A stretch of 63,697 nucleotides of DNA, filler included, from Collodictyon triciliatum (lineage: Eukaryota), in NCBI GenBank assembly GCA_043381765.1. It is 7 parts of 7 records of this genome, joined end to end, with 100 filler letters (N's around TTAATTAATTAA, not from the genome) between each part and the next. Parts side by side here need not be neighbours in the genome. Positions count along the whole stretch, not along the records: positions 48,074 to 57,583 come from JBHJMP010002978.1; positions 57,684 to 63,697 come from JBHJMP010003003.1; 5 more parts are not named here. One strand, written 5' to 3'. Both the position numbers and the translations under genes were made by a program. The first letter of the stretch is position 1, and each line of letters starts with the position of its first letter. The notes beneath the pieces were generated by a model. The model saw only the letters and a program-made list of their open reading frames with translations. It did no database searches and was not told where the DNA came from. Shown piece by piece: positions 51,643-63,697 of this stretch.

Positions 51643-53017
51643 TTATTTTCCCCCTTTCAGATAGGCGTTGTCAAAGCTGCTGGTTGGATCTGATATATAT
51701 ATGACGTAGGCAGATTCAGAATATGAGACGCAGATATATGCGTTAGAAAAGAATACAAGAGCATACACCAGAATGATGATAATAATTCGGAAGTGGCTGC
51801 CGTCATCATCGCCACCATCATCATCACCGCCATCATCACCGCCATCATCACCACCATCACCGCCATCATCGACAGTTCCACAGGCGGCCGATGTGACCAA
51901 TTCAGTGACTTTGTAAGCGGCAGAAGTGTATACTACCTGCACGCAAGCACCACAGGGTGCTATGAATTAGGCACTGACCAGAAATACTCTTGTGCTGAAA
52001 TCAAGAATCAAGAATCAAGAATCAAGAATCAACCAACAATCAAGAGACAAGAGACAAGAGACAAGAGACAGGAGACAAGAGACAAGAGACAAGAGACAAG
52101 AGACAAGAGACAAGAGACAAGAGACAAGAGACAAGAGACAAGAGACAAGAGACAAGAGACAAGAGACAAGAGACATGACAGTCACATACGGTAAATGGAG
52201 TGGACGGAAGCGCCTGGGTGCCGCACATCATTTCGAAATGAACGTTCTGTCCGTTGCCTCCAAACTTGACGACGATTCCGTTCGAGTCATCCACGCCTTT
52301 TGTAAACAAACAAACAAACAAACAAACAAACAAACAAGTTAAAAGCTATGATAGTGCACTGATTCATGGCTGACGCATATGGCAGAGCTTTGGCTCTTTA
52401 CAACAAGCCTAAAGCACATGTATTGGATTACACGCAGTACGGAGACTAAACACAAGCGAACCGAAACAATACCGTTCTTGAACTCAAATGTGGGCGAAGC
52501 AGTGGACGGAACCAAAGGCGCGCACGTACCTCCGTTTGCAGGCTTCTCGAAAGACATGCTCCCGCTGCTCTCCATGGCGGTATTGGTTGCTTAGTGCTCT
52601 TACCTCGTGCCTTTGAGCGGGCGGCTTTGTTGCAGCCACAGTTCCGTGCGAGTTGCACCATGGAGAACGAAAAGAAAAGAGACAAAAGCAAGAAAACACA
52701 AACCTGGCTGAGTTGCAGGTGGGGGTAATGGCGTCCGTGCAGAAGTTGAAGAAGTAGTCATAGAGGCTTCCTTCCTTCCCTTCGTAGAACGACCTTTCAA
52801 CACGAAATGGGGCGTATTACAGACGGCAGGCTCACAAGTCGCATGGTTAGGATTGAAGGCTGGGCAAGACAAACCCGGGTTTCTGGAGAGGTGTCAGGTC
52901 GTAGGTTTTGCCGTTGGGGGCACTCCAACTGCAACTCTGTTGTGCGCGAACGGTGCTCGCACAAACCACGGCAGTCAGCAAGAGACCAGCCGCAAAAAGC
53001 AGTGGAAGGCGGGCCAT
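51643..53017 (-). CDS. Secreted/type I membrane protein with an MRH (mannose-6-phosphate receptor/ATG27-like) domain, multi-exon
   Basis: Signal peptide MARLPLLFAAGLLLTAVVCAS, then CSWSAPNGKTYDLTPL, YFFNFC, GIVVKFGG...VHFEMMC, YKVTELVTSAAC, a GD-rich stalk and a hydrophobic IIIIILV segment. 3' end uncertain. Confidence 0.6.
52042..52174 (+). repeat. (AAGAGAC)n heptanucleotide repeat, intronic
   Basis: Direct tandem repeat. Confidence 0.93.
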
Positions 53018-53767
53018 TGTTTGCTGGGGTGGCTGGGTGGGAGAAAGAGATTGTAACTGTGTGGTTGTAATAGCGTTCGTGGCTATGACCGGGCGCAGTT
53101 TGAGAGACTGTTATTGATCGTGTGTTCTGTGTTTGATGTGTTTCGTTTGTTTGGGAATAAGGAAAAAAAAATGGTTCGTTTTTCTTGACAGGAGGTTGTG
53201 TTGATTGAGCTCATATGATTGGATGGAGGATCTGGATCAGGAGAATTGACAAGTGGACCCATAAGCAGGTAGAACCAGAAGAGCGAAGGTAGCGGAGAAG
53301 CTTGTCAGTTTGGAGGGCAGAAGGCGAAGGGTGGAAGCGCACAGCGACGGAAAGGGGGCGATGAAAGGGAGGTGAGTGTGTTGAGTATGTGGTTATTGCT
53401 GTGCGTGTGTGCGGCAGCAGCTGAAAAAGGGACTGCATCGAAGGTGAGCAGTATGATTGACAGCAATATTCGCCATCCAAATCACTCTGCGTTCCGATGC
53501 ATCTACACGTCATTCGAAGCAATCATACCTTATCAGAAAGCGATAGCCTGTTCCGTGTCCATTGCTTGTTTGACAGATTGATCCACGAAGGCCACTCTGG
53601 CGCATCAGAAGGGATCATAGTTGGATTCCCCCGAGTAAAAACACAATGGCCCAAGCCCGGAACACAGCACGAACGCTTGCCTTTGGTTCGCGCTTGCTCA
53701 TAACTCCACAATTAAAGCAGGGCCCAATCTTCTCCTTCGTAGCCATAGGGTGCCTCTGACCCGGAGC

Positions 53768-56487
<2,720 letters not shown>

Positions 56488-57033
56488 NNNNNNNNNNNNN
56501 NNNNNNNNNNNNNNNNNNNNNNNNNNNNNNNNNNNNNNNNNNNNNNNNNNNNNNNNNNNNNNNNNNNNNNNNNNNNNNNNNNNNNNNNNNNNNNNNNNNN
56601 NNNNNNNNNNNNNNNNNNNNNNNNNNNNNNNNNNNNNNNNNNNNNNNNNNNNNNNNNNNNNNNNNNNNNNNNNNNNNNNNNNNNNNNNNNNNNNNNNNNN
56701 NNNNNNNNNNNNNNNNNNNNNNNNNNNNNNNNNNNNNNNNNNNNNNNNNNNNNNNNNNNNNNNNNNNNNNNNNNNNNNNNNNNNNNNNNNNNNNNNNNNN
56801 NNNNNNNNNNNNNNNNNNNNNNNNNNNNNNNNNNNNNNNNNNNNNNNNNNNNNNNNNNNNNNNNNNNNNNNNNNNNNNNNNNNNNNNNNNNNNNNNNNNN
56901 NNNNNNNNNNNNNNNNNNNNNNNNNNNNNNNNNNNNNNNNNNNNNNNNNNNNNNNNNNNNNNNNNNNNNNNNNNNNNNNNNNNNNNNNNNNNNNNNNNNN
57001 NNNNNNNNNNNNNNNNNNNNNNNNNNNNNNNNN
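56488..57033. other. Assembly gap (Ns, no spacer)
   Basis: About 546 Ns without the TTAATTAATTAA linker. Confidence 0.95.
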
Positions 57034-57583
57034 TGTTATATTACGAATACTATATATAATTTTTATCTCTGGAGAACACTTAGCCCACGCTTGTCTTTCC
57101 CTGGTATAGTATGTATACTATTTTCCAGAATAAGATAATTTGCTGAGAAGAGGCAGGGCAGGCGAGCGCCTGATTTCTTTCTTCCTGACCTGACGATACC
57201 AGACCGTCTCTGTGGCTACGCTGTGCTTTGGGCGGCTTCCCGCGAGAGAAAAACTGTCCGCTAATGGTCGCAGAGATGACTCACACTCTAATGACCAACC
57301 CTGAATGGGATATGCTAGTCAGGAAGGGTTGATTACTAAGAATATCTAACGATGTGAAATCGCAAAAGAAAAAAAGAAAAAGAAAAAAAATATCACCTCC
57401 ACCTTCTCTCTTTCTCTCCTTCTCTTTCTTTTTTCTCTCTCTTTTCTCTTTCTTTTCTCTTTCTTTTCTCTCTCTCTCTTTTTTCTTTCTTTTCTCTTTC
57501 TTTTCTCTTTCTTTTCTCTTTCTTTTCTCTTTCTTTTCTCTTTCTTTTCTCTTTCTTTTCTCTTTCTTTTCTCTTTCTTTTTT

Positions 57584-57683
57584 NNNNNNNNNNNNNNNNN
57601 NNNNNNNNNNNNNNNNNNNNNNNNNNNTTAATTAATTAANNNNNNNNNNNNNNNNNNNNNNNNNNNNNNNNNNNNNNNNNNNN
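57584..57683. other. Artificial contig linker
   Basis: N-TTAATTAATTAA-N. Confidence 0.97.
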
Positions 57684-57816
57684 TTCTCCTCTTCTCCCCT
57701 TCTCCCCTTCTCCCCTTCTCCCCTTCTCCCCTTCTCCCCTTCTCCCCTTCTCCCCCCCCCCCCCCCCCCCTCCCTCCTCCCTTCACACACACACACACAC
57801 ACGCACACGCACACAG

Positions 57817-60800
57817 ATTTCTTCGATTAGCGAAGGGTTAAAGAACATGGGCAATCTCGAAGTTTTAGATTTAAGCTACAATCAAGTAAACACGATCTGC
57901 ATTGAAATTGTGTCATGAGTGATACACTGCATTTATTGGGGTTTTCGAATTTACCAACAAATTAGGGTCATAATAATTATACAAATTTGAGTGCACCTAT
58001 ATGACCTATTCTTAATATTTAGATAAACCGGATAGAAAATATCATTCTTTCCCTATTCTCTGTGAAAATCCTGAATTTATCTAATAATCAGGTAGTCTTT
58101 ATATTTCGTTGGCATATCGTGACAGCATATAATATAGACATTATTTTATGTAGATTTCATAAAAGGAGGTTATGTAGAAAATTGAATCCAAACGACTTTT
58201 TTTTTACTAGATATCTCAGATTCCAGGGGTAATAGCAAACTTAACTAGCTTATTAGAGCTCAACATTTCTGATAACGCGGTAATTTTTTAGCTGACTGTA
58301 TGATTGTTTGCTTCAACTTATCATCTTCATTTCAAATATGCTTTCAAAGTTAATGTGTGTTAATTAATATTAAATAAATCTTAGATTCGGCACTTACCAT
58401 TGCCACTAGGGACGATCAAAAGTCTCAGAGATGGACTCGTGGCGATAGATAATCCAATACAAAACGTTCCTGAGAACGTAATCAAGCAAGGGTCTCAAGC
58501 CATTTTCGATTATCTGGTGGAATCAAGTGCTGGTGTTGTAAAATGGACTCAAGGAAGACTTTTGCTATTAGGAGAAGGTGGAACTGGAAAAACAACACTA
58601 TCAAAATCAATTTCTCAAAAATCAGGACAATTTCGCAGCGTAACCAGTGAAAAACGTCAAATTACTGATGGAATAGAAGAAATGGATATTCTTATGCATG
58701 ACATGAGCGTGGGTAATTTGGGAGTGCCCATGTCTGTAAAAATTTGGGATTTTGGTGGCCAGGAAGAATTTCAAGTGACTCATCCATTCTTTTTATCATC
58801 CGGTGCAATGGTTTTGATTTTATACAGAGTTGACCAAAATAAGGAAAGGAACAATCTTGGTAGATGGATTAAGATGCTGGATGACTTTGCCCCCAATTCT
58901 AAAATCGTGATAGCTGGGACTCATGTGGATGCTGCAGTAACTTCATATGAGGAAGAAATGGAGGCTGAAATAGAGAAAATAAAACGAGACAACAACCTTC
59001 ACCTATTTTTAAACACTGATATTAAGGTGAGTAACAAGACGGGTAAAGGATTGAATGAGCTCAAGCTAATCATATTTCAAGGAATGATGCAATTAGACAA
59101 TATGAATAAAGACGTTCCTAAATCCTATATCAGCTTAAAAGAGTACCTTGAGTCCAAAGGGAAAGTGACAAAGTATGAACGTGTTGATTTGACTTACGAA
59201 TTTGGACGTGAGAAGCTTCAGATCGACCAAAATAAGTGTGAGAGTGCCCTGAGGTTCCTTCATGACCTTGGGTCTATTGTTTGGTATTCACGGTATGAGA
59301 ACGTCCGAGACGTAATTTTTCTCGATCCTCTCTTTCTTATCAACATATTCAAATGTGTATTCAGCTTCAAGGGTGTTGGAAAAAACTCCAATGGAATCAT
59401 TTTACAGAGTAAACTCAGAGAGAAAATTAATAGGGAATTTGGTACAGAATTGAACGAGACTGTCTTTGAGACTATTTTAAAAATATTTGACCACTTTGGT
59501 TTGGGAATCAAATTTAACCTTGAATGCATAGCATTTCCTTCCCTTATGGAAGATTGCCCAAACACAAAGATATTTTGGAATGACAAACCAGAATCAAACT
59601 GTATCGCCGAAATTTCAGTAGACCTGATCTATGTCAACGAAATTCAACTATCTGATTTAAGTAATATTATAATTCAAGCTCTTCGATTCGTTAGTATCTC
59701 AAATGGCAGAGCTCAATATGATGATATATTTTATAGAAACGCCTCGCTAATTCATGCTACAGTTACTGATACGAATTATCCTGAAGAAATCAATCTGATA
59801 CCTGGGGACGACTTTGTCAGCTTTTGTTACATACAAAAAGACAAGATATCGTTCACGTTGCGCAAATATGATAGAGGTATAACAAAAAGAAAATATGTAG
59901 ATATCTTTAAATTATTATCATTCACTGTCAAAAATATAACATCAATTCGTGCAAATTTGATTTTGGAATGTCGATTCGAATGCTACGAGTGTAGAGCAAG
60001 GGAGGTGGCTGGGTTTGTCCGAATTTCTGAAAAGTTTACTATTATAAACCCTCTAAAGTGCTCTGAGGGCCATGTTATCGAATTTGATACGCTGAGAAGA
60101 GGTCGAGTATATTTAGAAGAAGGTATATTCTAAATAAAAGTTATATTCGTTGATGTTCGTGCATTATCCAATTTATTTTCATGTTACATGAATACAAGAT
60201 CATTTATCGATCTTAAATCATAGATATTAAATTATAAATGTAATTTGACATAGGTGTTTCAAAAAGATTTGAATCTGTTATGAAAAACAAACAACACATA
60301 ATTCGAACTCCTGCCACAAATATGGATCTGAATTCAATTAATACGAGCCTAAAGGAAATTTGGATGAAAGAGCCTATTGAACTTGTCGAGTATATTGCAA
60401 AAGGTTCTTTTGGTCGAGTATACAAAACATTTTTGAGGGATAAAGAATGTATCGTCAAGATTCAAACAGTCCAACAAAATGGGGAACAAAGTGTTGGCGA
60501 AGTCATAAAGTCATTGATTTATGAAAGCAAATATATGCATGAATGCCGTGAATGTAAGCAAATTGTTCAAATATATGGCGTGTATCGAAATGATTGCAAT
60601 TTCTTCATGCTGATGGAATACGCAGGGGTCTCGTTGAAAAAAATCATGGAAAGGGAAGAGACACGACCTAATATAGACAGCATCATTAAATATACAAAAA
60701 GTATATGCAAAGGACTCATTTTTATGCATTCTCGTGACCTGTATCATGAGGACTTAAAAGCTGACAACATTATGATACTGAATGATAGCGTTAAGATTGC

Positions 60801-62034
60801 CGATTTTGGTATTGTTAGTCGTCGCGAAATTGAAAAGGTAGGCTCAAATCTACCTACGAAATATGGAGAAAACAAACAAGACGGAACATCAAATTGGCAA
60901 GCCCCTGAAATACATGTAGTTGTCTCAAAACCACTTTATGATGACGGTAAAATGTATGGAAAGGATGGAATAAATGTTGGTCACCGTGGAGAGCCTAGTA
61001 ATGTTTACGCACTCGGAATGGTTGTATGGTTCATGTTTTCTGGGATTGAACCTTTTAGAAATGAACTTGGACCGCAAAGTTTTACCATCAAAGGGAAGAG
61101 ACCGGAAATACCAGCAAACACACCAACAGAGCTGATTCATTTAATCAAAGTATGCTGGAAGCAAAATTATAAGCTGAGACCTTCCATGTTTACGATAAGC
61201 AAATACCTGGATGAAATAACTCATCACTCCAGGACTTCCAGATCAAAAGTCGAAGAAATACTTCCAATTAAATATTCTATGCTTCAGGATATGTATTTAG
61301 GAGAGCTTGTGGAGTATCTTCATGATAATGGTTTTGCTAATTTAGGTACAAAGATTTCTGAGATGGTGTGTGAAACATTTGAGGGTATAGAAATGATAAA
61401 AAATGAACAAAAGTTGATGGATGCGTATCATATAGACCAAGTTGAACTCGAGCAATTGATTCAACTATCCAACCAAAGAATAGACCCAATATATAGGTCA
61501 AACCACCAATACGTAAGAAATTTTACCCATTATCAACTCGCAAATTACTTGAAGAAAATCGACGGGTTGGATTACAAAAAAATTCTAAGCAAGGTAGTCG
61601 CCCTAAAATTAGATGGGCCAACGATATCCAGCCTTGATAAACAAGAGGTATACAAACGTGTTTCCGTCAGCGCAGTGGAGATCCAAAATGCAGTCAAATT
61701 GATAAACGATGTCATGAAAGAAGAGGGGAAAAGGAGACGACCTACGCCACTGAAACATAGAAAGATCAATCAGCAAAGAAGTGAGTTTCAAAGGAGGGAC
61801 TCTATAAGTGCCATAAACGATTCTTCAACAAGCTCCAACGTTTCGGGATATAATCCAAACTCAACACCCCCTCGTAATCTGATGCATTCAAGAGCACGTT
61901 TGCCATTATTAAATCAATCGGTGATTAGTTTAAACGCATCATTTACCAGCGATTCAGGCTCAATCATTACCACAGGAGGCTCTTTGCCCAGATTACCAAA
62001 AATCAAAAGGGCAGATTCGAATCAATTAAAGTAA
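57817..62034 (+). CDS. Roco family protein paralog, 5'-partial: LRR-Roc-COR-kinase-SAM-like x2-disordered tail
   Basis: 69-bp LRR exons at 57817-57885, 58023-58091 and 58211-58279. Roc: GEGGTGKTT, WDFGGQEEFQVTHPFFLSSGA, GTHVD. COR domain, intron ~60123-60253, then kinase YHEDLKADNI, DFG, GTSNWQAPE. Collinear with the gene at 919-8005. Confidence 0.92.
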
Positions 62035-63697
62035 AATTTTAATAAGTTTGTGTATATTTTGTGCTACACCCGATATTTCCTCCTCATTTGGTTCGAAGTA
62101 CTAACTAAAATTTTAATAAATTCATGGATAGATTCAAGAAATAATTTGCCGCGATGCACTTGATAAAGATAATTATTTTGAATCTGATAACTGTGATAAG
62201 GTTTCTCTGGATGTATATTCATTACATTTTTCAGTCATCTCTTTGAAATATATTCTCGTTTTATTTGATAAAAACAAAATGTAAGCATGAATGATTTTTT
62301 GTCATATCTTTGATATATTCGCCAGCTTTCGATTAAAATAGAAATGTTAATGTCCTGTTCCATGTTGAATTTATGGGGGTTTATGTAATGAATATTTCGA
62401 TGTTGCGTATTGAAATTGAAAAATGATTTTTCCACATTATATGAAACATAATACGAAAAGGAGTCTATTTTTTTCTTTAAATGTCTCATCGCATAAAATC
62501 AATGTCGAGGGGTAAGGAAATCATATGAAGTTCACAAGACCCAATTTATTCAGTATATGGCTGGCCTCACAAAAAATACCACAAATATTACTCACTTTAG
62601 ATATTAATAATCCTGGCTGGTCAGAGAGTCTAGAGAACTAGCCATTTGACAATAGCAAGAAGAATGTATTAAAGAAGCAAAACGTACCTTCTTTTATTAT
62701 GATATTGAATATGGGAATGAGTAACTTTCATCGCGACTGTTGGTGCGTTGGTTTTCTTTACACTTGTACTTATTTGTCAGTTTTATTTTGTTTATATACA
62801 TTTTATTTTTCAAATTTGTGTGTCATAGAAATGCATGTCTTAATATCCGGTGAATCTAGACAGAAGAGTATTCTAGCATAGCATCTTGCGTTCTGAAAAA
62901 ATAGCTGAACGGAGTATTCCAGCTTGTATGTATTTCCCATTTAACAACAGCATATTCAATAAAAAAAAATAACAACAGAGCATATAATGACTATGATCGA
63001 ACTTTTTAAAATGATGTAATATTCTTTCCTAGTCAACACGACTATGCTTCGACATTTTAAACTTAACTAAAACATACTCTATATTATCCGCAATAGCCGT
63101 GGTTCTCGAAAAAAGACACCAATCGTATCTGTCAAAAATATATTATATTTCAAATCGCCTTACGAATTCGGAATTATTTCATTTCCAGCGATAATATTTG
63201 CTTTATTTTATTATTTATTTTGTTTGTCGTGCCTTTTGTTTGTTTGATACTGCCAACAAAAAAAATGCACCCTAATTGAAGCAAGTATTTGCGAACTCTT
63301 GCTTTTTCCTTCTCTATTTCTTTCCATAAGATATATTTTCACCAGAATAAAAAAAAACCAGCAACAAGATACCCATCCAACTTTGAATCGAATAAAGGGG
63401 GAAAAAAAACAAGATACCCATCTATCAGGTTTCGGGTTTTAGACACTGGCACTACACTTCTCCGGTGACCAAGGTATTGCACGAAAAGTTTTTTTTTTTC
63501 CTTTATTCGATTCAAAGTGTAGCGAGGTTATGCCATACAAAGGGGCGGGATGGGAGCGCATGGGAGAGAGCAAACGCGAGTAGAAGACACTACCGTGGAG
63601 AGGCTAGCACCGGAAAGAAATCAGTGATAGCGAGCTGGTCAGGTGGGCGTCCCAACTGGTTGATTGGTTGCGTGGGTAGCAGGGGTTGGATGTGTTG

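Overview
Intron-rich, microsatellite-rich eukaryotic (protist-like) DNA. The window is not one locus: it is seven ~9.5-kb contigs joined by artificial 100-bp N-TTAATTAATTAA-N linkers, with one real N gap at 56488-57033, so adjacency across linkers means nothing. Well-supported genes: two paralogous Roco proteins (LRR-Roc-COR-non-RD kinase-SAM-like), a secreted CocE/NonD hydrolase, a two-MYND-finger protein, a FYVE protein, a TBC Rab-GAP, a CyaB1-like GAF-GAF-PAS-adenylate cyclase-TPR protein, an AMMECR1 protein, an internal-ubiquitin/RING protein, an SPX-RING protein with a putative DNA-binding domain, RPS3, an MRH-like protein and a WWE-RING-DTC Deltex-like E3 ligase. Top candidates for novelty: (1) a decayed intronless Fanzor1/TnpB-like RNA-guided nuclease at ~25880-27740 with a structured 3' flank; (2) Roco genes built from one-LRR-per-exon 69-bp phase-0 cassettes, one with an extra LRR block after the kinase; (3) the SPX-RING-putative transcription factor fusion. 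All domain calls come from reading motifs by eye, and exon limits are manual and approximate.
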